Assembly (NCBI GenBank): GCA_964247055.1
Contig: OZ176055.1
Span: forward strand, 1,364,001 to 1,428,000
Length of the DNA stretch: 64,000 bases
Direction: 5' to 3'
From: Paragordius varius
Lineage: Eukaryota; Animalia; Nematomorpha
Positions 13,661 to 30,583 of the stretch are shown piece after piece; positions within the stretch are counted from its first letter, which is position 1, and every line of letters begins with the position of its first letter. Position numbers and translations under genes: made by a program. The notes under the pieces were generated by a model. That model was not told the DNA's origin. It saw only the letters and a program-made list of their open reading frames with translations, and made no database searches.

Positions 13661-15540
13661 GACAAAGGAAGAAAAGTTACAAACGTTATATTTAGAGTTA
13701 CTAAATATTAACTAGACCGAGGGTGGCCAACAAGAGGCCCTCCAAAATATTTGGCCGAATATTTCAAATACAAAATCTTACAAAATTTAAATTATTTTTT
13801 TTAAACAAATTTTCTGAATAAATCTTTTTTAATTTGGTAATGAACTAGCAAAAAATGTTAAAATTGATACTAGTTTAGATCTTAGTTTAAAATTTAAGTT
13901 CTGCCAAAAAATTTAGGGTATTAAATTTTTGACATTAAGTATTTCCACAATAACATTTGTTGAAATAGCCGTAATATTAATTAGGATAGCTGATAAAGCC
14001 TGTAAATAAATCGAAGCCTAAAACCTACAACAATATGATTTGAAAAAATAATTTTTCTCATCTATTATAATTTTATTCAGGGGTGCATATAAAATTATCA
14101 TCAAAATGTATCAAAAATTTTTTCAATTTTAAGTCGCAATAATGAGTGCGTAGAAAAATCCGCACTTAAAATGGAAAAAACGAGTTTCAACCCTTCTGAT
14201 CGATCACATATAATCTATTGATCCAACAAAGATTTATAAACCTAATTATATGATAACAAAATGTCAATACTAAATAAAAGTCCTAGCTATAAAGTGAATT
14301 TTATCAGACTTACCTAGCTAATAACGCTCAATTCATTAAAAATGCGTAAGCATAGATTGCCCGTCTATACATGGTAAAAAACATTTTTATTTCTACAATT
14401 TTTACCTAAACCTAAGTATTCCCATTCTACCTTTAATACTTTTTCATGATAAAAAACTATTTCAGTCGTTAGCTAAAATATAAAATTTTATTCTTATAAA
14501 ATAAATCCAACGTATCTATAAAAAAACAATTTATTCAAATGAAATCAAATCCTTTTGTTGATTTATGGTATTATTGTTGTGGTCTTTGGGTTCATCTTTA
14601 TGGTTTATCATGATTTTGACATTAAATGAGGATAAATACTCGGTTAATTTGCTAATTTTATCATAACTCGCTACTGTTAGGGATCTTATCATAACATTCG
14701 AGGCGTATGGTGTTTCTAAATTTAAATAAGATTAGAATTAAAGTTAGGAATGTTTAATTATCAAAAGTAAGCTTACAGTAAAAATTAAAATTTGACAGAC
14801 AATACGTAAAAATATATTATTTTTCAAAAAAACATATTTTTAAACCTTTTTTGAATACATCACTTCGAGTTGCCAAATAAGGAATAAAAGTGCAAATCGG
14901 TAACATACTCAATTATACATTTATAAATTTCTCATTAATATTAATTTAAAAGAAGTATAGTTATCATTTAAAAAAATATTGTCGTTTGGTTTTAATATTT
15001 TGTTTGTATATTCTCAATTTTTACTGTTAATATATATTTTAAAGGAATAGGTTTACTCATATTGAAAGTTAATTTGCCATGTTCCATGATTGTCTTTAGA
15101 TTGTATGGTATCACATCATGACGTTTTAGGCGCACCAGACATATGAGCTTTGAATCAGGACCTATTTTTATAAAAAATAGGGTAGCTATTTAATTTGGGC
15201 GTTTATTTTAGCCGGCTTAAAAATAACCAGTCTTAATGCTTATATAAATACGTCATTAATGGTCATAAGTATTCATACTTGTTAAACCAAATAAATGAAG
15301 CGAACAGTGTTTTAATTCCTGATTTTTTATAAGCCAGGTTAAGGAATTTTTAACAGAAATAGTATCATAACATATTTTATTAAATTTACGCAATATCATT
15401 TGAAATTAAAAACTCTATTACTGAAAGTGTTAGGGGATGACCAAATTTTTATTTTTGATGGTTTTATGTATCCATGCATACTAAGTAAATAAATTTTTGT
15501 TTAATTCTAAAAAAAATTTTTTTTAGTTTCAAGCAAACTT

Positions 15541-17717
15541 TTACGAATTACTTGGTCCAATCACATCAAATTTGGGGAGTCGCCATACTAAGGCTTGATT
15601 CACATGTTCGTATTTAGCGATACCAACACTGCTTCGTAAGACTAAGTTTTCATTGAGTAGGTAGAGTGTTGACATATTCTCCACCAAAAAGGATGAATGT
15701 TTCGAACAAAATTTTTGGGATTTCTCTTCCCGAAACAGGTAAATCCAATCCATAGGGATGGGAATGAAAACTGTGGTATTTTCGCAATTCAGCTTTTTGA
15801 AAATTTTACTGTAAGGTTGAGCACATAGAGTTTTGGTTGATATAGTACAGGTGATTTCATACGTCATTACATACGTGCTCTTAGCTGCATGTTGGTGAGC
15901 CCTAACATTAATAACGGGGAGTATGGGCAATCTAAAGTCTTTCCTAATAGGAACGGTAAAACGGGCAAGTTCAAAACGCATGCCGTCCAAAGGACAAAAT
16001 TCAATCCTACCTGGGTCTTGGGTGGTGTTAATGTGTTGATTAGTTACTTTGGCACATGCATGAGTCTTCAAACTTTTACCATTAATTTTTATCCAACTAT
16101 CGGTGATTGGACATGGTGTTATATCGGCTCTTGCAGCCACCTCCTGTCCTTTGCCCCTGATATCGTTTAACCTTACTTCACATAGGGGTGTCCCATTCAA
16201 AAATGCCAGACAAAATATTCGTACGAAAATTTTTGGGTCTGGAATTTCCCAATCACCTAGCGTGGTATATGCTGGTATGGTGTTTCCCACATTTTTAGTT
16301 TGAGCTACATGATTAATAGTATTTGGTATTAATACAAGCGATTGCACCTTTTCATAAACCCAAACCGTTATTTGTTGATATCCGTAACTTAACATCTGAC
16401 CGATTTGTGGAATTCGATTCCGCGTAACGTTTAATTTAAAGAACAAATTCTCGACTTTGTCCAAAAACTCCTGGAAATAATCGTATTCGAATGAGCCTAT
16501 TTTACACAGCGTTTTTGCATTGGCACTGTATTTGTCTGACTTTGAGAATGATTTTACCACAGAAGTTAGACCCGATTTCAACAGATTCTCCTGGTAGGAT
16601 ACCGTTTGTAATTTAGCCACAAATATTTTTCCAAATATGTTATAGGGTTGAGTATAAATTTGAGATATTTGATAGCTTGGGAGTATGGCAACGTCTTGAA
16701 AGGCTTTAGTTGTGTCATTTACATTAAAAAACTTTATGTGTCCACTACTGGGTAGTACCTTTATTATAACTTTTGTCCAAAATTTTTCATTGTGAGCAAT
16801 GTTAACAATATTACTATTTCTGAGGTATAAGTCCCATGCCTTCACCTTTTCCTTTGGGGTATCTGTTTCGAGTACATTGTTTGCCTGTAACGTTGGGTTA
16901 ATTTGTAAATTTTTGATATCAGGAGGGGAATCGAAATGGGTCAGAAAGGGATTTGTTGTATTAACATTCAAGGTTGAGTTCCAAAGATACGGATTTTGAT
17001 TTGTCAAATAAGCTGAATCCTGTAAATGCATTTTAAAAACAAAGAATTAGTGAAAGGTATTTGTGAATAAAATTTAACATCAAAAGAACACGAAACCAAA
17101 CTTTAAAGTAATGTCGTGACGTGGAATTAGTCGATAGATCCATCAAAGATTGTTGTCGACCTGTATAAAATGGGTAATATATTTGGTGTTTAGAGTGTCC
17201 AACATTCGGCCCTCCAAAATTTTTATTAATTAAATACAAAATCCACAATTTGGAAAATATAAGCAAAAACCTCGGTATAATTAATATTTCCTACTGAAGT
17301 CCTTCAAAATGGGAATGAACTAGCGAAAATTAATAAAATAAATACTAGTTTTATTTTTTGCAATTTTTACAGGCTTATGTTTGAAATCTAATGAAACATT
17401 TATTAATGCCCCTAGATTTTTCGAATGTGGCCCGCGAAGTCATTTGTGTTAGACACAGCTGGTTTAAAGAGTAGAGTCTATTTAACCAAAAAATATTATC
17501 TAAAATATAATTAAACCTCTTGCATAAGATGAAACCGTGGGGGCCATTTTCTTTGATCTACGGTAAATGGAGTCGGCATAATTTGAATTATCCTCAGATA
17601 TGGAATAACTCCGTCCATTTCTTCTAGGAGCCTCATAATCGCTAGTAGTTGTAAAATCTATATACATCATTAAATAAACACCAAACAACCTGTGTTAACA
17701 TTAATGTCATCATTCAT
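15541..17717 (-). CDS. stnB: Stonin / stoned-B (stonin-homology + mu-homology domain endocytic adaptor), ~568 aa
   Basis: Exons 17717-17690, 17657-17517, 17160-17102 and 17019-15541 have consistent phases. NPF motif present; FWTKVIIKV...KIGSFEYDYF...LAFLNGTPLCEVRLNDI...FCPLDGMRFELARF matches recalled stonin SHD/MHD motifs. The 3' end may be incomplete. Confidence 0.85.
17191..17461 (-). mobile_element. hAT MITE (degenerate copy) in stonin intron 2
   Basis: Ends TAGAGTGTCCAAC / GTGTTAGACACAGCTG, and the interior is homologous to the 31734-31989 copy. Confidence 0.6.
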
Positions 17718-18419
17718 TTCTGCGGGGTTCAAATGATTTTTAAGGAAAAACTTTTTTGCACATTTGCATATATATAAGTATGTAATATGGAAAAATATCT
17801 GTTTTTACAAAATGACTCCCCTCGTTTCTTTCATATATAATACGTATATACATATCTATTTCGTTATAAGCACATTGCTTATTTGTCATAGAGCAACAGA
17901 GCTTTATGTGAATTTTCCTTTTTACAATATTATGTGCAGTGTGCAAACATAGAAAAAATCAATAACTTCTCCATATAGAAACACTAACTATAAGATAATC
18001 TTTTGTGTACGATAAAGGATGTATCTAATGTAATATATATATTTGAATTCTATATAAGTATTTTCCGAATTCCAAAAAGCTTTTAGAGTTAAAATTAAAA
18101 TTAGACAAACAAAAAACGAAGACAACCATATTTTTCAGTTAATTTTCGGTTGTAAGAAGAATAATCAGATAGATGTGTTTTCCCAATACTGTAACTCTAT
18201 AATATAAAATTAGTACTATTAATAAACCAATTATCAAATGATATTATTCATTATGTTTATTAACAGTAATTTAAGGTCTTTTTTAAAAATCCCCCCTTCC
18301 TTTTAGATTTTTTTACACCCTTTTGGGAAAACCACTGTGGTTAATAATATAAATTTACGATATTTTAATTAGATAGCTAGTAATGTATTAGGAGAAAATC
18401 ACCTTTCTTTATCACTAGC

Positions 18420-20340
18420 ATCACAAAGCCACCACCTTACATTTTTATAAATATATAGATTATCGCTGAGACTGCGTCACAACGAAGCGTGACAGGGTCC
18501 GGAAAACCGGTTGACCCATTATTCAAATATCGAAAAAATAAAATCATTAATAAATGACCCGACAATACTTCGCCCCTTTTATTGAATTAGGCCCCCATTT
18601 GGGGCCCATTCCGTGCAAAAAACGGGTTTTTTTGAAAACACAATCCACAAAAATCGTGTCTTTGAGACAATTTTCCCGAAAACTTGTTGGACCATTCGAT
18701 TTCAAATATGATTTGTACTTATTTTCGAATGCGCCGAACATAGTCGGCTTGACTTTTTAATTTAGGCTATCTTTTTACCTGCTCCCCCCGTAAAATGCCA
18801 TTTTATTCAAAAAAACTAAGTCCACAAAAATAATTTTTTAAATCTATTTTTCGCCCAAGGTATGGGACCGTAAAAATTCAATAAGAATTCCAGGTATTTC
18901 CTGTTAGATGACAAAATTTTTAGTCAAGCGTTTCTTTGATGATAGCTGCTGGGTTATATCGAAATAGCGTGCTTTTGGGGCTTCAGAAAAGCTATCAGGC
19001 CATATGAGTTTAATCCGTACTTAAAATATTACCCGTAATAGGTCAAAAATTTAAGTCGAGCGGATTTTTTTAAAGAGCGGTTAAATAGGCCTTTTACGCC
19101 CTAAAAATGTGCTATCATTGAACTATTATTTATTTTTGAAGCCATTCTTCCATAAACTATTAAGAACATATGAATTGAATGATGATTTCAGGTATTCCCA
19201 CATAAAGGCAAAAAATATTATCGAACGTCTTTTTTATATTGGCCATTAGGTAGAGGGCTACCCGCCTACGCCAACATATCAAATTGCGTTGTTTAGGATA
19301 AATTTTCAGAAATCAGGCCATATTTTTATTAGGGCCTTAAATATTACCCGTAAAAAGTTAAAATTTAAGTCGAGCGAATTTTTTAAAATTAGCGGTTAAA
19401 TAGGCTCTAGGTAGGGGGTTACCCGCGTAAAAATGCACTATATCGATACAGCATGACTTTGGAGCCAAATTTCAGATATCATGAGACTATGTGAGTTCAA
19501 TAAGGGCCTAAAATATTTATTACCCCTTAAAAAACAAATATTTTAGTAGAGGGGGTTATTTCAATGAGTCGCTAAGAAAAGTTTTACGCCCTCAATAATC
19601 GCCGCCATAGAACAATTTTTTGGTTTTGAAGGAATATTTCCAAGAACTTATAGGAACATAAGGACATTATAATTCCAGATATTCCCCATATAAAGACAAA
19701 AATTTTGCCCGACGCTTTTTTATACCTGCCTCTGGGTAAGAAGCTACCCGCCAAAAACTGTGCCACTATGTAGAAATTGCGCCGTTTTTTGGAACTAATT
19801 TAAAATTTATACCTAGAAGCTCATTTAAAGTTGGAAATATTACCCGTAAATAGGTAAAAATTAAGGTCAGGCCTTTTTTATTAGCCGTTAGTTTGGGGCC
19901 TTTATGCCCTAAAAATACGCCATCATATATCGATTATTTAGTGTTGAGGTTTTTTTTTCGAATAGCCCATGAGACGATGGTCTCAAAAATCCAAATATTT
20001 TCCCTAGAAAGGCCAAATATTAAACTTAGCGCTTTTCCATATAGGCCTATGGGCAGGGGTCTACCGGTTTAAAACTGAGACGCCATACAAAAATGGCGTG
20101 GCTTTGGAGCTAATTTTTAAAAAACTTAAGAAGCCATACGATAATAAAGTCTTTAAATAGTACTAAAAAAAGGTAAAAATTAGAGTATAGCGGTTTTTTC
20201 CGTTAGCCGTCAATTTGGGGCCTTTACACCAGTAAACAATATATTAGTATGAATACACCGTTTTAAAAATCCTATGAGATCATATCTATTAAATATTGTT
20301 TCGAAATAATCCACATATATGGATCATTTTATTGTCCCTT
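18420..20340 (+). mobile_element. Helitron-like element, copy 3, nested in copy 4; 5' terminus locally inverted
   Basis: The body from 18498 is colinear with copies 2 and 5. The 5' terminal 40 bp appears inverted at 18420-18459, followed by a 3'-type hairpin GTCAC-AACGAAGC-GTGAC at 18476-18493. Confidence 0.7.
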
Positions 20341-20394
20341 TTTTTAAATAGCCCCCCCCCCGCCTCCCAGAAGTCCAAATCCTCGGGCTGCGTT

Positions 20395-22649
20395 TGCAAT
20401 AAATAGAGGTAATAATGAAAAAATACATTTAATGAAAAGACTGTCTAATTTATTCTTTAACGGTTTTTTTTCATAGGTTCAAATATTGTTTACTCGAAAT
20501 TGACCATATTTAAGCTGCCCGTTATTTAATTTAATATTCAACTATTGAATTTTAAAATTTTCGTTTTACGAAATCAAAAAGTTTTATTTTGAAATTGTGT
20601 TTACATAGCTGTGATCAAGGGATATCAAAAGTAAATCATTTATTTACCCATAGACCTATATGGAAAAAGCGCTGAGTTATATTACCTGTATAGGGCATAT
20701 ATTTGGAATCATCTTTGATACTATCGTCTCATGGGTAATTTGAAAATATACCTCAACACTAAATAATGGCGTATTTTTAGGGCATAAAGGCCCCAAATTA
20801 ACGGCTAATAACGTACCTAGTTATGGGTAATATTTCAAACTGTTAATGAGCTTATATGGCTTCGTATATTTCCTGTAAATTAGCTCAAAGAAAACGCAAT
20901 TTTTATATAGTGACATTTGGTGAGTATCTCCTTACCCAGGGCCAGATATAAAAAAGCGTTGAGAATTCGCTCTTCTATGAAGAACATCTGGAATTAACGT
21001 TCTTGGAAATATTGCTTCAAAACTAAAAAATGTTATATGGCGGCGCAATTTCCTTTGCGCAAAACTTTACTTAGCGAGTCATTAACTCCCACTAAAATAT
21101 TTGTTTTTAAGGGGATAATAACTACTTTAGGCTCTTATCGAACTCACATAGTCTCATAGGTTTTTTGAAATTTGGCTCCAAAGGTATGCTGTATCGATAT
21201 GGTGACGCGGTTTTACACGGGTAGCCCCCTACCCAGGGGCGAAACAAAAAAACGCTCGATTATTTTTGCCTTAATTCGGTAATACCTGGAAACATGATTG
21301 ATTCCATATGCTCTCGTGGGATTTGCGAAAAATTGCCTCAAAACCAAAGAGTTATTCTATGGTGGGGCATTTTTCAGGGCAGGGGCCTATTAAGGGGTAA
21401 TTTAATAAAACCGCTCTTCTTAAATTTTTGCCTTTTACGGGTAATATAAGCCTTTATTAAACTCATATGGCCTGATAAGTTTTCTAAAATTTGCCTCCAA
21501 AGTCACGCTGTATCGATATGGTGGGGCAGTTGTTGGCGGGTAGCCCTCTTCCCAGAAGTTAATATAAAAAAGACGTTCGATAAAAAAATTTGCCTTTATA
21601 GGGGAAAACCTGGAATCATCATTCATTCCATATGTTCTTAATAATTTTGGAAGAGTGCTTTAAAACTAAATAACAGTTCAATGATGGAGCTTTTTAGGGC
21701 ATAAAGGGTTAACGCCTAATATAAAAACCGCTCGACTTAAATTTTTGCCTTTTTCCGGGTGATATTTCAGGCCCTTATTAAACTTATATGGCCTGATAAT
21801 TTTTCTAAAAATTAACTCCTAAACAACGCAATTTCAATTTAGTGGCGCAGTTTTAGGCGAGTAGCTCCCTATCCAGAGGCTGATACAAAAAAGCGCTTGA
21901 TTAAAATTTTTGCCTTTTTACGAAGAATACCTGGAATCATGATTGATTCCATATTCATCTGTTTTTGGAAAATTGCCTCAAAACTGAAAAATCATTCTAT
22001 GGTGGCGCATTTTTCAAGGCGTTAAGGCCTAACATGACCTAAATTTTTGCTTTGTTACCATTAATATTTTGAGCACCCATTAATATCATATGGTCTGGTA
22101 GGTTTTTTGAAATTTAGCCGAAAAGGCACGCTATTTCGATATGGTGGGGCAGTTGTTGGCGGGTAGCCCTCTTCCCAGAAGTTAATATAAAAAAACGCAC
22201 TACAATTTTTTTGCCTTTTAACAGGGAATACGTGAAATCCTCATTGAATTCTTACAGTCTCATACCTTGGAAAAATAGATTTAAAATACCATTTTTGTAA
22301 AAATGGTATTTTAGGGGGGAAGCGGGTAGAAAGAGGTTTTATATATAAAAAAGCGAGCCGCCTATTTTCGGCGCAGTCGAAAAAAAGTAAAAAAAATTAA
22401 ATTTGAAATCGAATAATCCAACACGTTTTCCGGAAAATTGTCTCAAAGACACGATTTATGTGGACTTTGTTAAAAAAAACCTTTTTTTAAAGGGTGGGCC
22501 CGAACTGGGGGCCTAATTTAAAAAAGGCCTAGCTATTGTCGGGGCATTCATTTATGATTATTTTTCTGACATTTGGATTTAAATGGGTCTACCGGTTTTC
22601 CGGAAACAGTTCACAAAGCCAGCATTTTCCATTTTTATAAATATATAGA
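20395..22649 (-). mobile_element. Helitron-like element, copy 4
   Basis: A|TCTATATATTTATAAAAATGG 5' end at 22649. Colinear with copies 1 and 6 down to ~20395, where the 3'-terminal ~60 bp is missing. Confidence 0.75.
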
Positions 22650-24009
22650 TTTCACTTTTTGTGTTACCGTAAGTAAATATACCAATTATTAATCTTTATT
22701 TTTATAACGTATTTTATTCCTGATCCCTTAAAAGCAATATTTATCCAAAAATCGAAACGAAAAAAACATAGTTTCAATTTTTTGACCACAACCTTAAATA
22801 GTAATTAAACACCGATTTGGTCTTGACGAAACTGTGCTTCTAGAAGGTTAGCATAAAATTTACTATGGTCTCTATCGCTTATATTTTTAATATTATATAA
22901 AACAAGTTTTAACAAATTATTTAACTGCATTTTAAAACATTTTTAATTTCAATTTCGAAGCATTGTATAAATGACCCGCTGTTTTGCCGATCTGGTTTCA
23001 CCTTGCCCAAAAATAACGTGCTATTAAATAATAATTTGGGATATTAATATCTAAATCCAATTTATAAAACGCTTACGCATTATTATGAACCGAGGGCGCA
23101 TTAGGGGTAGCAGTTTAAACCATAAATTTGGTGGCTTAAGTGCGGTTGCCATTTCAATCAAAGGCCAAACCCTGTACAACATTGAGTGAATTTTCACTGT
23201 AACTATTTTTTTTAATTTAATGATGTAACAAACCTATTTTAGGGCAAATAATCATATAATGGATAAAATAGTTGGAATTAAATTTGCAACTTATAATCAT
23301 TATATTAATAATATTAAATGACTAATTTTTTACGGGGCCTAAATTTTGGCCTAAACCGCGCAAAAGTGGAAAATCTCAAAGCTCTCTGATAAAAGTAGCT
23401 GAATTTGGTGTAAAGACATGATACAAGCATTACGCGATATATATATTTTTTTGAAATGTTCGGTTAGGCATGTTAAATTAAACATCTATAGTCAAAATTT
23501 GGTTAACATCGTTATCAATGGTTATAGATATTATTACTCTTGGAATAATGGAACATTCACAAATCTCTATAATGTATCTTTCAATTTCGTATCCCGCGTA
23601 TGGAAGCGAATATTTTTGTAAACAAAAAATAATGGTGTTTTGGGTTATTAATTTGATCTACTTAATATGTTGTTAATGTTTAAAATTGGACGGGCCATAT
23701 TTTAGACTCAATCTCCTTAATGATATTATAAGGAATGTAATATATATATTTTATTTAACTCAATCAACTCGTTAAAGTATTACACAAAAATAATTTTATA
23801 TGCTAATCATTTAAATTATCAAACACGGAATTGATTAGTAATATAATTTCGCGGTACATTTAACAAAATTGGATAATTAAAAGGTATGTATGTATTTGGT
23901 AAATATCAATTATTTTAACATATAATGGTCGACCCGTTATATTGCTCTTAATATCCGCATCATGACCCTTTAATAAAAAAAAATTTCAGTTTTTTAGTAG
24001 TCACTCTAT

Positions 24010-24250
24010 TTATATTTACCATTTAATTCAAATTTACTCTAAAAATAAATTATGTGTTTTCGACCTAATATAACTCATTATTAATAAGAAATATAATCTT
24101 ATGGCATAGTATATTATTTTTTCAGTATTTTATATTAATTTTAAAAGTAATTTTTTTTTAAAAAAATATAGGTGATTTTTAATCAAAAACAATAATTTAT
24201 TTTAGGGTGAATTTGAATTGTTTAAGGATTTGAACTGTGAATGGTATATA
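24010..24250. mobile_element. MITE of the TATACCATT-TIR / 21-bp minisatellite family
   Basis: TACCATTTAATTCAAATTTAC ... GGGTGAATTTGAATTGTTTAAGG...GAATGGTATA, with an interior similar to 46140-46460. Confidence 0.5.
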
Positions 24251-24863
24251 ATGGTGGCTTTTTAACAATTTCCCGAAAAACGTGTAGGCCAATATAAATT
24301 TAATCCAAATTTGTTCATCCGACTATAGTCAAGCAACTTTTTTAAACTTGTCCCTTAGTTAATTTCAATTTCGCATGAAAACAGTCGTTTTTGAAAGATA
24401 CAATTCCTTAAAAATAAACCTATTTTTTGCTGAATTATCCCCTGTATTTAGCCGCTCTCCCCGTAAACATGCTTCGCAAAAAACCCATTTTTAAAGCGAT
24501 TTCTAAGTGAGATAATAATAAGTTTAGAATAATAAGTTCTTAGCCTGGTGCTTTTTTAAATTAGCAACTCCGACCTCTGTAAAATACGGCACCATATAAA
24601 AATTAATTAGCATTGAATCAGAATACGACCATATGATACTGATTTCCTTTTCATTAATTGACAAAATTAAGTTTATATTTTAATACTCAACCAATCTCGA
24701 TATAGTCCCATACTTTTTATCAATAGTGAATGGTATAATTTTTTTTGAAAATCCGACTAAAATTTGATACATGCATGGTATATGGGAATAAGAATTTTTT
24801 TATAAATAATAACTTTATTAATATATAAAATATATTTATATGTATACATTTGTTTGCATAATT

Positions 24864-25196
24864 TTAAAATACATGAACTAAGCCATATATAAAGGTCCAA
24901 AACAAAACATAGGTAAATAATCCATTCATCAAACCTTCCGTAAATAACAGATATGGGGATTGGAAATATAACTCTTTCGAATTGACCATTTTCTTATAAT
25001 ACAGGAGTGACATGAAAAATGATGCGAGAAGGAAGAATAAAAATCCCTGAATCGAGGTTAAACCAATTATACCAGCGGTACAGCCTGCCAGTGCAGACAC
25101 AGTAGTTCTGGCGTATTCTAACAAGGAAAAATTGTATCTAATGGCGTTTTCATTATATATGATGGTATCAAGAGAATTAATATCACAATCATCCAT
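24864..25196 (-). CDS. EMC6: ER membrane protein complex subunit 6, single exon, 110 aa
   Basis: YNENAIRYN...YARTTVSALAGCTAGIIGLT...GFLFF...YVLFWTFIYGLVHVF is the typical EMC6 (Rab5ip/TMEM93) signature. Confidence 0.95.
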   Translation of the reverse strand: MDDCDINSLDTIIYNENAIRYNFSLLEYARTTVSALAGCTAGIIGLTSIQGFLFFLLASFFMSLLYYKKMVNSKELYFQSPYLLFTEGLMNGLFTYVLFWTFIYGLVHVF

Positions 25197-25328
25197 TGTA
25201 AACGTTATAAAGATATGTATATGTATTGATTTAAACTACAAAAAATAAAGGGGAAAAAATCAATTTTTTGAATGTGTAAAGTTATGCAACTTTCGTGAAA
25301 ACACATGTGATGTTATCAATGTAGAAAT
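25197..25328. promoter_or_regulatory. Putative bidirectional promoter between EMC6 and SPOP (132 bp between start codons)
   Basis: Divergent ATGs at 25196 (-) and 25329 (+). Transcription start sites cannot be seen; the call is inferred from gene geometry. Confidence 0.5.
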
Positions 25329-30097
<4,769 letters not shown>

Positions 30098-30583
30098 GAC
30101 AAGTTTTAGTGTTGTGTTGCATCAAATGAGTTATTTAAATAAGATGAGTTTTTCTATTTAATATTCACTATGGTATTTATAAATTAAATATAATAAATTA
30201 GCACACATTTGTCACTATATACAATATGAATAGATATACATAAATATTGATTACATAATGCTACGTGCTTGATGCATAAGAATGTATCAATGTAGTAACT
30301 GTTAAATTGGAATAATTAGTGTCAGATTTTAATATTCTACTACCAACTATTAAAGGGGGGAGGTGTTCTGGTTCATTTATGTTTTTAAAGGAGTTCATTG
30401 AATTGTTTCCTGAATCCAGCGAGTTCGAAACATAACCCTGATCTATTACCTAATATCAATAAATAAATATTGAAAAATCAAACTATTAAATATCAATGCC
30501 CATTTCTCCCATTAATATATATGGTTAAATCCTTAAAAATTCTTTACTAATTGATAAATATCATCACTGATTTTGTATTTAAA

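Larger units (their letters stand above)
11311..15137. repeat. Large inverted duplication: arms ~11311-12925 and ~13484-15137, ~560-bp spacer
   Basis: Colinear reverse-complement blocks along both arms, e.g. 11725-11900 vs 14530-14715, 12760-12920 vs 13487-13645, and 11311-11375 vs 15075-15137. Confidence 0.9.

Noticed and set aside
15889-16999. Plus-strand ORFs 15889-16170, 16103-16303 and 16799-16999
   Set aside because: Antisense to the long stonin exon, with no recognisable motifs.
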